Of a DNA stretch of 64,000 nt, positions 1 through 11,409 are shown piece after piece. The DNA comes from Octopus vulgaris (lineage: Eukaryota). The notes beneath the pieces are model-generated. The model saw nothing but the letters and a program-made list of their open reading frames with translations. It did no database searches and was not told the DNA's origin. A program made the translations under genes and the position numbers. The first letter of the stretch is position 1. The number at the start of each line of letters is the position of its first letter. The stretch covers positions 62,372,001-62,436,000 of the forward strand of contig OX597830.1 in the NCBI GenBank assembly GCA_951406725.2, read 5' to 3'.

Positions 1-320
1 TTTTTGTTCTTGTTTGGTATTTATGTCTTAGTTATTTTGTTATTCTTCTTTGTTTTGTTTTAAGTTCTTGTCAGATATAAAAATTAAACAAAAAAAAAAA
101 GCTGCTGATAAAAATGTCAATGGTTTCATTGGAAAAGAATGTTTCTTGGTTTGTGTTAATCTTTGCAAAAATGCTTTAAATGTCAATATATTCACCAAAG
201 TTGAATTAATGTGTCTTGGTTGGCGAATTGGAAATTAAAACTGTTGAACAGTAAAGCGGTTCAAGGCAACAATAACAATATTAAGAGATAAAAATGGAAG
301 CCATTCACACGTACACGTAC

Positions 321-363
321 CTTCCATATGTTCGGAGCTTCCATATGTTCGGAGCTTCCATAT
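321..363. repeat. 17-bp tandem repeat (CTTCCATATGTTCGGAG x2.5)
   Basis: Exact units at 321-337 and 338-354, partial third unit. Confidence 0.85.
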
Positions 364-400
364 ATTCAAATATATTCACACCGTGCATGTCTTATATATA

Positions 401-607
401 TTTTACTGCTTTAAATTAATAGACTGCGGTCATGCTGGGGCACCGCATTGAAGAATTTTAGTTGAACGAATCGATCCTAGTGTTTTTTTAAAGCCCGGTA
501 CTTATTCAATCGGTCTCTTTCGCCGAACCGCTATGTTACAGGGGCGGTGTTACAGACCAACACCAGTTATCAAGCGGTAGTGGGGGACAAACACACACAC
601 ACACACA

Positions 608-643
<36 letters not shown>

Positions 644-650
644 TACATAT

Positions 651-685
<35 letters not shown>

Positions 686-846
686 CGACGGGCTTCTGTC
701 AGTGTCCGTCTACCAAATCCACTCACAAGATTTCGGTCGGCCCAAGGCCATGCTAGAAGATACTTGCCCACGTATCACACAGTGGGACTGAACCTGGAAT
801 CGTGTGGTTGGGAAGCAAACTTCCTACGACGCAGCCACGCTTGCGC
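401..846 (-). mobile_element. tRNA-derived SINE family A, diverged full-length copy
   Basis: Minus strand reads head GCGTGGCTGCGTCGTAGG...GGTTCAGTCCCACTG (A/B-box-like), body GTGAGTGGATTTGGTAGACGG, internal (TA)/(TG) tract, then the family 3' half. Confidence 0.85.
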
Positions 847-888
847 TTATATATCAAAAACATTTCTAAAAAAAAAATATCCGTATAA

Positions 889-1059
889 GCGCATGCGCGG
901 CCGTGTAAGTAAGAAATTTGCTTCTCAACCATGATGCCTTGTGTTCAGCGTTATTGTGTGGCACCTTGGGCAAGTGCCTTCTAAAATCCCCAGATCGACC
1001 AAAGAATTGTGAGTGAATTTGGTGGACGGAAACTGAAAGAAGCCTGTCGTATGTATGTA

Positions 1060-1124
<65 letters not shown>

Positions 1125-1337
1125 ATTTGCGTGTGGTGTGTATTTATGTCCGTGTTTGTCCCGTCACACTTCTCGATAACCTGGGTTACGTCCCCGTACC
1201 TTAGCGGTTGGGCAAAAGACTCCGATAGAATAAGTCACACACTTATGAAAAAAGTACTGTTGTCAATTAATTCGACTAAAATCCTTCAAGGTGGTGCCCC
1301 AGCATGGCCGCAGTCCATTGACTGAAACATGTAAAAT
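889..1337 (+). mobile_element. SINE family A, diverged copy, head-to-head with 401-846
   Basis: GGCACCTTGGGCAAGTG, GGAAACTGAAAGAAGCC, (TG)n, CCGATAGAATAAG, GGTGCCCCAGCATGGCCGCAGTC...GACTGAAAC. Confidence 0.85.
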
Positions 1338-1377
1338 ATACCTTCCATATATCTTCTAAACATTCGTCAATATCAGA

Positions 1378-1608
1378 ATGAGTCCTTTGTGCCCTCTCGA
1401 GTCCATTGGGCTGCAATTTGACAAAATGGCTTCTGTTGGCTGCAGTTTTCTCTGCATCTAGTCATGTGATATTGGCTTCTCTCATGTCAGTTATGAATGT
1501 TCTGCGTCATATTGTTTTCTGTCTTCTTCTCTTTCATTTTCTCTCAAGTGGTATCCACTTCAAAGCTGTTTTAAAACAGCATTGTTCTGGTAGCTGGAGT
1601 ATATGGCC
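1378..1608 (-). pseudogene. RTE-clade LINE ORF C-terminal remnant
   Basis: Manual minus-strand translation GHILQLPEQCCFKTALKWIPLERK*KRRRQKTI*RRTFITDMREANIT*LDAEKTAANRS fits the RTE C-terminal pattern GHxxR...W.P..GKRxRGRPxxTW...TW..A..R; three in-frame stops. Confidence 0.75.
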
Positions 1609-2018
1609 TCTTTACTCTTTACTCTTTTACTTGTTTCAGTCATTTGACTGCGGCCATGCTGGAGCACCGCCTTTAGTCGAGCAAATCGACCCCGGGACTT
1701 ATTCTTTGTAAGCTCAGTACTTATTCTATCGGTCTCTTTTGGCGAACCGCTAAGTGACGGGGACGTAAACACACCAGCATCGGTTGTCAAGCAATGCTAG
1801 GGGGACAAACACAGACATACAAACACACACATACATATATATATACACATATATACGACAGGCTTCTTTCAGTTTCCGTCTACCAAATCCACTCACAAGG
1901 CATTGGTCGGCCCGGGGCTATAGCAGAAGACACTTGCCCAAGATGCCACGCAGTGGGACTGAACCCGGAACCATGTGGTTGGTTAGCAAGCTACTTACCA
2001 CACAGCCACTCCTGCGCC
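1609..2018 (-). mobile_element. SINE family A, near-consensus young copy
   Basis: Minus strand GGCGCAGGAGTGGCTGTGTGGTAAG...GGGTTCAGTCCCACTGCGTGGCATCTTGGGCAAGTGTC (tRNA head followed by a CORE-like segment); tail (GAGTAAAA)n. Confidence 0.92.
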
Positions 2019-2468
2019 TATGTGTTTTATACCTTACATATAAAAAATATTTACATCTTCTATACATTGCTATCTTCCTTATCTTCATGCATTCCATACA
2101 TTCATACCTTCCATCTTTCATACCTTCCATATATACTGTCCTCCCATATATTCATATCACGTTAATGTTGTCTTTGTCTTTCATCCTTCTGGGGTCGATA
2201 AATAAAGTCCAAGAAGAGCAGTCTAGAATCGTTAGAGCGTATTCCTTGCGGTGTTGTTCCAATCCCACTATGGTTAATAGACTTAATTCAGAGCCCGATT
2301 TAACACTATCGCCTGGTCTTTGGGCTACTTAAACGGAATTCACTCTTTTGCATGAATTCGAACCAGGCCTCTGATCTGAGAGACCCTTAAAGCTTCCTTC
2401 CAAACAATCTTGGAATCATTGTAAAGCATTATGGCAACTGCCTTCTCTCTTGAGAAAAAATGGCTTTT

Positions 2469-2825
2469 AAAATCCTTTTGTTATAATGTTTCAGTTGAAA
2501 TACGCTGCCTTTGCTTCACTTAATTTCAAAAATAACGAAGTATTTAATAAAATGATTTTGTTATTATTAAACTAGTGTTTGCAATATAAATTAACGTGAC
2601 TCAAGGTTTTAACTTTAAACCCTTTTGTTACCATATTTCTGCCGAAATACACTGTCTTTGTTTAAATAATGAAGAATTAAGTAAAATAAGTTCGTCATAA
2701 TTCAGATGGTGGTTGTAACATAAATACACACGAAATTTCGATGTAATGTTTTAACTGAAATCACTCTAAACCGGGAAGATTGTGCTATAGGACCAAAGGT
2801 AGTCTCGAGATGTGTATCAAAAGAA
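2469..2825. mobile_element. piggyBac-like non-autonomous element with partial tandem duplication
   Basis: AAACCCTTTTGTTACCATATTTCTG...AAATACACTG motif twice; homologous to 41760-42000 and 60056-60478, which show TTAACCC...GGGTTAA-like ends. Confidence 0.55.
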
Positions 2826-3794
2826 CCCACATTTTTGCACTGAGCTACAAAAATGGCTTCGTGGCTTCTTCAAAAAGAAATCCCTGTATTGTATTCATGT
2901 CGAGGAAAGAATGGTCGTTAGGGGATATAATTTCGAGATTAGGTTCGAAGAATATTAAGGGGCAGGAGTGGCAGAACACAATGAAAGGAAACATCTGAAT
3001 GCGATCTTGAATAGAGATTTATCAGAAACAAAAACCTTCACCTCTTATCCCACCTCGTCCACGCAATAATTTCCTTCCCGGCTGCTGGCTCCACTTAAAA
3101 TGACGACCTCAATCGCTGAATCACACATTGCCTTTTCCGCTTCTTCCATTGAACTTGCTAAAGCCATTGTTCTCTGGTTTTTAAAACATCTGCTCAAACA
3201 ATCGATAGATGTTTTTGTTGATGATGTCAAAAGTTAGTGGAATTCAAAGTGAAAATAAAAATTCCTATTATTTTTCTTATCTTATCCGTTCATAATTAAA
3301 AGGCAAATTTCAAGCCATCTTTCGAGTTTGCTTCTTTTAATGCTTTTCTTTTCTTCTTCTTCTCCTTCTTCTCTCATTTTATCTTTTGCTTGTTTCAGTC
3401 ATTGGACTGCGGCCATGCTAGGGTTTAAAGTCGAACAAATTGACTTCACTACTTATTTTTTTAAAATCAGGTTACTTATTGTATCGGACGCTTTTGCCGA
3501 AACGCTAGTGGACAAGGGTATAAACTAACCAACACCGGTTGTCAAGCAGTGTTAGAAGACAAACACAAACACATACAAACATATATACACATATACCCAA
3601 ACATACACACATGCATACACACACATACATAGACATACAGGCACACGCATACAAACATACATACATACATACATACATACATACATACATACAAACATAC
3701 ATACATACATACATACATACATACATACATACATACATACATACATACATACACGCCAAAACAAAGGTTAGCATGGCAATGATGCTAAAATCTG

Positions 3795-4001
3795 AAGGCG
3801 GAGAGCTGGCAGAAACGTTAGCACGCCGGGCGAAATGCTTAGCGGTATTTCGTCTATCTTTACGTTCAGAGTTCAAATTCCGCCGAGGTCGACTTTGCCT
3901 TTCATCCTTTCGGAGTCGATAAATTAAGTACCAGTTGCGTACTGAGGTCGATCTGATCGACTGGCCCCCTCCCCCAAAATTTCGTGTCTTGTGCCTAGGC
4001 A
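3795..4001 (+). mobile_element. SINE family B, tail type B1
   Basis: GGCGGAGAGCTGGCAGAAACGTTAG...GAGTTCAAATTCC (B box)...GCCTTTCATCCTTTCGG.GTCGATAAATTAAGTACCAG; 18-bp TSD CAATGATGCTAA(A/C)ATCTG at 3777-3794 and 4002-4019. Confidence 0.92.
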
Positions 4002-4688
4002 CAATGATGCTAACATCTGGTATAAAGTGTAAACTGTCTTGGACACTTGATCTTTACGTCATGTTACGTTTCGAAGATTACAATTCAAGAACAGACGATA
4101 GCTACTGAAATGCCAATTAAACGAAAGAAATGGTGCAGCCCTTGAGGCCCTAAAAGAAGGACCGAAAATGTTGATTATACTGCATTTCATGTGGATTGTA
4201 TTACAAGCGATCGACAACTTTTCTTTTTTTTTTCTTTTATTTGTTTCAGCCACCTGACTGCAGTCATGCTGAAGCACCGCCTTTTGTCGCGCAAATCGAC
4301 CCCCAGGACTTATTCTTTGTAAGCCTAGCGCTTATTCTATCGGTTATCAAGTTATACAACTTCAAAAGTGTCGTGATATAGTTGCTCAATTTGTGTATTC
4401 GTGGCTACTTGATAGCTTTCGCGAGTCATTCCTCTGAACCTAACTTCCTCAGAGACCACCAAATCAGAATGCGAAGGACTTTTTCGGGATCTTTTCTTTT
4501 TTTTTTTTTTCGGCCAATTTTCCCTCTCTTCAATTTCTGTTCGAATTGATATCATATTTGGTGTAAAGACGGACGAAACCACTGTCGTGATGAATAAAGA
4601 TTCTCGTATCTTCCATTTACCACATACACAACAAACACTGTGAAAGTAACTTTGCTTTACTACTAAGCTACCAAGTATAAACCATTCG

Positions 4689-4749
<61 letters not shown>

Positions 4750-5105
4750 ATCTTATACTTGCTTCAGTCATTGGACAGCAGCCCTTCTGAAAGTGCTGGA
4801 ATGAATCGACCCCAGTACGTTTTTAAAACCCGGTACTTAATCTATTGTTCTCTTTTGCCGAATTGCTAAGTTATGGGGACGCAAACACGCCAACACCAGT
4901 TCTCAAGCTGTGGATGGGGGACAAACTCACGCACACACACACACACATGACGAGCTTCTTTTCAGTTTCTGTCGATCAAATCCACACACAAGGCTTTGGT
5001 CAGCCCGAGGCTCTTGTAGAAGACACTTGCCCAAGGTTTCAAGTAGTGGGACTGAACCCGGATCCATGTGGTTGGGAAGCAAGCTTCTTACCATACAGCC
5101 ATGCA
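4750..5105 (-). mobile_element. SINE family A, diverged copy
   Basis: Same head, body and tail motifs as 1609-2018. Confidence 0.85.
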
Positions 5106-5111
5106 TATATA

Positions 5112-5310
5112 ATTCGGGAAACTTTACGAAAATAAACAAAAGACGAAGGCAGGTGGAGTACAAACAAACAAATGTATTAGTATGGCGCTCAGGAATAGAA
5201 ATAGAACAAGTCTTTTACGTTTCGAGCCTACGCTCTTCGACAGAAAGATACACAGAAAAGAAACAAGGAAAGAAAGAACGCGTGTAGGAGCTAACGATCT
5301 ATCATGGCGT
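5112..5310 (-). mobile_element. Family E ~200-bp non-autonomous element with hammerhead-like motif (Penelope-like/retrozyme candidate)
   Basis: Repeated at 8574, 12252 and 56954, variants at 23277 and 44685. Minus strand 5248-5211: TCTTT-CTGTCGA-A-GAGC-GTAG-GCTC-GAAA-CGT-A-AAAGA. Confidence 0.7.
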
Positions 5311-5449
5311 CCTTCACTACGATAAAAATATTTATCGTGTTAATTCAAAAAACACTGGAGAGGATTGAACTTGAATAAGATGTTTTAAGATTTTTTATAT
5401 TGTCATTTTTTAAAAACATGAAAATATATCATATTTTAAAGGGAGAGAA

Positions 5450-5745
5450 AGACAGAGAGAGAGAGACAGACAGACAGACAGAAACAGACAGACGAACATT
5501 CAGACAGACGAACAGACAGACAGACGAACAGATAGACAGATGAACAGATAGACAGATGAACTGATAGATAGGTAGAGAGACAGACAGATAGACAGACAGA
5601 CAGACAGATTGACAGACAGACAGATTGACAGGCAGGCAGACAGACGAACAGATAGATAAGTTGATAGAGAGAGAAGCAGACAGACAGACATACAGAAAGA
5701 TGAAGAGACTGACAGACGAACAGACAGACAAACAGATGGACAAAG

Positions 5746-5816
<71 letters not shown>

Positions 5817-5817
5817 C

Positions 5818-5913
<96 letters not shown>

Positions 5914-5915
5914 GG
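5450..5915. repeat. (GACA)n/(GATA)n compound microsatellite
   Basis: Direct reading. Confidence 0.95.
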
Positions 5916-5945
5916 ATTTCTTTATTGGCCACGCAGGGCTACAGA
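5916..5945 (-). mobile_element. 3' terminus of a (GATA)n-associated retroelement
   Basis: Minus strand AGCCCTGCGTGGCCAATAAAGAAA runs directly into (TATC)n; same terminus as at 11410. Confidence 0.55.
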
Positions 5946-6280
5946 CGTGCGTGTTGGATAGTTCTACAAGAGAGACAGAGAGACAGAGACAATGAGAGCT
6001 GTGCCAGAAGAAAAACTAGGTCACCGAGATCGATGCATGATGCGCGTTACACTTCGACAATGATGCCTGGACGTCACATTCCTCGAATTGCGCGCGTGCC
6101 GCAAAAGCGTGCATGGATAACGCACTGTTAAGCACGCGCATGGTGTGGTATTACTCATAGTTATGCTGCGATATATACGCATACCATTACATTTACGCAG
6201 GTTGTTACATATACAATAGAGTATTACATATTCAGTTACTGTATATCCTTAAATTGTTACATACATACATGCATATATGA

Positions 6281-6324
<44 letters not shown>

Positions 6325-6335
6325 ATATATGTATA

Positions 6336-6425
<90 letters not shown>

Positions 6426-6434
6426 TATATACAT

Positions 6435-6465
<31 letters not shown>

Positions 6466-6788
6466 GGCGCAGGAGTGGAGGTGTGGTAAGTAGCTTGCTT
6501 ACCAACCACATGGTCCTGGGTTCATTCCCACTGCAAAGCACCTTGGGCAAATGTCTTCTACTATAGCCTCGTGCCTGCCAAAGCCTTGTGAGTGGATTTG
6601 GTTGATGGAAACTGGAAGAAGCCCGTCGTATATGTATGTTATATGTTTGTGTGTCTGTGTTTGTCCCCCCCAACATCGTTTGACAACCGAACCGCTAATG
6701 TTACGTGGACGTAACATTAGCGGTTCGGCAAAAGAGACCGATAGAATAAGTCCTAGGCTTACAAAGAATAAGTCCTGGGGTCGATTTG
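6466..6788 (+). mobile_element. SINE family A, 3'-truncated and joined to a family B copy
   Basis: Head GGCGCAGGAGTGG; stops after CCTGGGGTCGATTTGC. Confidence 0.85.
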
Positions 6789-7012
6789 CGAGCTGGCAGA
6801 AACGTTAGCACGCTGGACGAAATGCGTAGCCCTATTTTGTCAACCGTTACATTCTGAGTTCAAATTCCGCCAAGGTCGACTTTGCCTTTCATCCTTTCGG
6901 GGTCGATAAATTAAGTACCAGTTCCGCACTGGGGTCGATATAATCGACTTAATCCGTTTGTCTGTCTTTGTTTGTCCCCTCCGTGTTTAGCCCCTTGTGG
7001 GTAGTAAAGAAA
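6789..7012 (+). mobile_element. SINE family B, tail type B2
   Basis: GAGCTGGCAGAAACG...GTGTTTAGCCCCTTGTGGGTAGTAAAGAAAT. Confidence 0.9.
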
Positions 7013-7769
7013 TAGGTACTGCTGATTTCCTCTGAGAAATGTGTCCCACGAGGTAGGGTGACTGCTGCAGTGAGTGTCGCAGGGCATTCTCTGCGGCAAT
7101 GCCTTTGCAATTATGTCCCTGGGGCGCAGCTAAACACGCCATTTGCCCAGCGGTGTACGTGTTACTCCATACCCGCCATCTTATGCTGCTGTTTTACTCC
7201 TTTTCATTGTTTCCCTGATGAAGATGTTATGTGGGACGGGACTGGGGGGAGGGTCTCGATAATTTGGTCTTTTGTGTATTTTTTTTTCTCTAGTTTCAGC
7301 TCAGAGCTGCGGCCATGCTGATGCACCGCCGTTTAATGTTTTTTTTTCTTTCTTTTCTTCCTGCAAAAAAAAAAGCTGAGAAAACAAAGTATTTATTAAT
7401 TGCTTCGACAAATCTTCCTTCAAAGCATCCTTGATGTGAATGTTATCATTAATAGAAGAGCAGCTTGTTGATTAACGTAAACGTGATGGAGTTACAATAG
7501 CAGAGGCTGCGGGTCATTCTGAGAGTGAATGGAATTATTAGAGAAGACTTCGTGGATTAAATTAGCTGTAAATATGTTGTAATAGATTCTATGCATCAAC
7601 TCAGATGTGGCGTAAATGTAACAGACCTTTATGGATCATCCTTGATGTGAAAGAAATTATAATAGAAGACCTTTTCGATCAATCTGGATTTGAGCTTTGC
7701 TCAGGTTTTAGGTTTTACTATTCACACACACACACTCACACACACACACGTGCACGCACGTAACAATGC

Positions 7770-8050
7770 ACACATACACACACACATACGCACGCACGTA
7801 CCACGCACACATACACACACACACATACGCACGCACGTACCACGCACACATACACACACACACATACGCACGCACGTACCACGCACACATACACACACAC
7901 ACATACACACATACACACATACGCACGCACGTACCACGCACACATGCACACATACACACATACGCACGCACGTACCATGCACACATACACACATACACGC
8001 ACGTATCACGCACACATACACACACACATACACACGCGTGCACACATACA
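7770..8050. repeat. 39-bp CA-rich minisatellite
   Basis: CATACGCACGCACGTACCACG at 7785, 7824 and 7863 (period 39), then degenerate units. Confidence 0.85.
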
Positions 8051-8340
8051 CACTTGGATTTTATCTATAATCATGAGTCCAACAAAAGATGTATTGTTTC
8101 GCCCGGTGACTGTTCAGTATCTGCAGTTTGATAGTTTCATGATTATGAAATAAAGCGTACTGACATTCAGAAGTCTTTAGTCTAAATAGCTTGCCATGTT
8201 ACTATGAACTAATTACTCCTTATCTCTTAAGAATTTACAAAAAGGGTGTTTGGGTTGGAAAAGAAAACACAATACTACATCCAAAGATAAAAGTATTCTT
8301 AAAGAATCAAAAAGTGAGTGTATGGCTGGGAGATCACAGT

Positions 8341-8571
8341 TTATTCAAAGTTGCCGCCCTCAGCTTTCACCATGAGCTCAAGATGGCTCCGGAACCTGGC
8401 GCATGCATTCTTCGTTATGTCCCTGGGAAGATCTTTTAACATCTCCTTGATCTTGGCCTTGGTGTTGCAGGCAAAGCGGTTGGTGTTTTTCTTAACTGTA
8501 TCCCACACATAGTAATCTCGTGGGATTACAACTGGGGGAATTAGGACCCAGAAATCGGGGATGGTGAAGTC
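8341..8571 (-). pseudogene. Tc1/mariner (DD37D/maT-like) transposase C-terminal fragment
   Basis: Manual translation with frameshifts: DFW..NSPSCNP.DYYVWDTVKKNTNR...DLPRDITKNACARFRSHLELMVKAEGGNFE*; stop codon at 8341-8343. Confidence 0.85.
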
Positions 8572-8573
8572 TT

Positions 8574-8695
8574 AGAGCGTAGGCTCGAAACGTAAAAGAC
8601 TTGTTTTATTTCTATTCCTGAGCGCCATACTAATACAATTGTTTGTTTGTACTCCACCTGCATTCGTCTTTTGTTTATTTTCGTAAACCTTCCCG

Positions 8696-8697
<2 letters not shown>
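8574..8697 (+). mobile_element. Family E element, truncated inside the hammerhead-like motif
   Basis: Starts at AGAGCGTAGGCTCGAAACGTAAAAGAC, ends CCCGT followed by (TA)n. Confidence 0.8.
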
Positions 8698-8774
<77 letters not shown>

Positions 8775-8780
8775 AAAAAA

Positions 8781-8980
8781 TATATGTAAAAAATACAAAC
8801 TGGGACAAGAACGCAAACCATTTAGAAGACGATACAAAAAACACGGATTAATCTTGATTAATCAGCCGAAATTGCGAGGATGATCCGGTTCTTGACTGAA
8901 GATTGAAGGCTTCTGTGTTTTTTGTATCGTCTTCTAAATAGTTTGCGTTCTTGTCCCAGTTTGTATTTTTTTACATATAT
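8781..8980. mobile_element. Fold-back element with ~65-bp terminal inverted repeats in (TA)n
   Basis: Left arm TATGTAAAAAATACAAACTGGGACAAGAACGCAAAC...ACACGGA (8781-8847) is the reverse complement of 8912-8980; a related solo arm lies at ~23016-23125. Confidence 0.85.
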
Positions 8981-9019
8981 ATATTTAGCGACGTACGTAC
9001 CCTTTGTCTTATATATATA

Positions 9020-9221
9020 TTGATAGGAATGGTAAGACAACAAAAGAATGAAAGAGACCTCGATATTATGTAAATAGAGGAATTTATCTGTAAGATTAAT
9101 ATGTGACAATTATTCGGTAGTCCTGATAAAACTCTGAGTTTCGGATATCAGGGCGGAAACCCACGCCGCCATCTCTTCAATTATCCGGCCATCGAAAAAA
9201 TGCTTGTCACATATTAATTTT

Positions 9222-9227
<6 letters not shown>
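9020..9227 (-). mobile_element. Fold-back element with hammerhead-like motif at the hairpin apex
   Basis: Inverted arms 9086-9109 and 9204-9227 (22/24). Minus-strand apex GATAA-TTGAAGA-(GGCGG/CCGCC helix)-GAAA-CTC-A-GAG-T-T-TTATC. Confidence 0.55.
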
Positions 9228-9293
<66 letters not shown>

Positions 9294-9305
9294 GCCTATA
9301 TACAT

Positions 9306-9395
<90 letters not shown>

Positions 9396-9407
9396 GCATA
9401 TATACAT

Positions 9408-9473
<66 letters not shown>

Positions 9474-9668
9474 CGTGTGTACCGTTGGCGATTTTTTCCC
9501 CTCTGTCTTCCCTTCTCTGGATCTTTCCTTCTCCTATGTTTCCGACGAAGAGCTCCACTCGAAACGTTAAACCCTCCTTCTTCCCTTCTTTCCTGAGCGT
9601 CCAATAATACTCTATTTGTTCTACGTCCTCGCGTTGTTGTGTTTTTTTGTGCTTTCTTGTTTGGATTA

Positions 9669-9673
<5 letters not shown>
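9474..9673 (+). mobile_element. Family F ~200-bp element with hammerhead-like motif, between (TA)n tracts
   Basis: Copies at 15826 and 42715. Motif 9538-9572 GTTT-CCGACGA-A-GAGC-TCC-ACTC-GAAA-CGT-T-AAAC. Confidence 0.7.
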
Positions 9674-9764
<91 letters not shown>

Positions 9765-10482
9765 AAGTCTTGTACGAAAATCTTTCGGTTCTGTACATGG
9801 AATCCAGCCTACCTTACACAAAGCACACATTTTTCAGGTATCTGAGCACTTTTATTACATCTACGTATTTTATTTGTGCAAGAACAACAAACGGAAGAAA
9901 GAAAGAAAGAAAGAAGGAAGGAAGGAAACGAAATGAAAACACGGTGTGTAATTCTTGTAAAATTAGAAACTGCTGTGTGTGGGTGTTGATATAGCACACG
10001 GAAGGAAAAAAATGCAGTAGTGTTGAACAAACAGGTATGAAGAACGATTAAGATAACGACGACTGTGTTGCTGTTGCTGATAATGATGATGATGACGATG
10101 GTGGTGATGATGAGGTTGATAGCGGTGGTGATGCCTGCGATTAGTTGTAATGTCGGTGATGGTGGCGTTGATGCGAGCTGTGAAGACGATAGCGGGAAAT
10201 ATCATAAAAAGCGCGCCAAAAACTATCACGCTACACCCAACGTGACATTTTGTTTACAACAATAGTTTGAAGGAGGAAAAGTTAGAGGGGGAAATTGGTG
10301 TAAGTTTTGATGAAATTGGGTAGAAGTCAGGAAATGTTGATAAGTACTTATACACATACACACACGTAGTGGGGTGTATATATATATATATATATGAAGT
10401 TATACATACATACGTATATCAACACGTTTATATTAGCACACAAATATAGTTACTTATATCAACGTATATGCGCGTGTGCGTT

Positions 10483-10526
<44 letters not shown>

Positions 10527-10566
10527 GGAGAGAGAGAAATATACAGATATATACCGATGTATTTAG

Positions 10567-10692
<126 letters not shown>

Positions 10693-11138
10693 CAGTTGCA
10701 GGATTCGTAAACATACACACATATCTATATAAGTGTGTGTGTTCGCAGAACATCGTACATGCGTGAGTCGACGTGTGGGTGTATCATGTGAGTGTGTTTG
10801 TGTGTGTGAAAGCAAAGGAAGGTGGGAGTAAGTGTTGGGATGAGGAAATAGAGAGAACGAAAGACCAAATAAAAGGAGGGAGAAAGAGACAGTGAGAAGC
10901 AATTAGGCAGAATGATAGATGTATCTGATATCGAAGGTAATGTTGAGGGGAGGGGGAGAAGAAGGAAAGAAATTAGAAATGAGGTGAAAATATGTAACGG
11001 TATTAGAGAGATGTACTCTCTTGACTGGTTTCAGTCATTTGACTGCGACCATGTTGGAGCACCGCCTTTAGTCGAGCTACGATAAAGAACAAGAGGGAAA
11101 GAGGGGAGAGAAATAGATAGGTAGATAAATAGACAGGC

Positions 11139-11248
<110 letters not shown>

Positions 11249-11321
11249 ACAGACAAACAGACAGAGAGATAACCAGAGTCCCTCCTAGCGTGAGGCATTT
11301 GTGTATTGTAATGCCCTTAAT

Positions 11322-11409
<88 letters not shown>

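Noticed and set aside
1784-2332. Recurrent ORFs with RQASFSFRLPNPLTR or DGLLSVSVYQIHSQG peptides
   Set aside because: Antisense translation of SINE family A, not a gene family.
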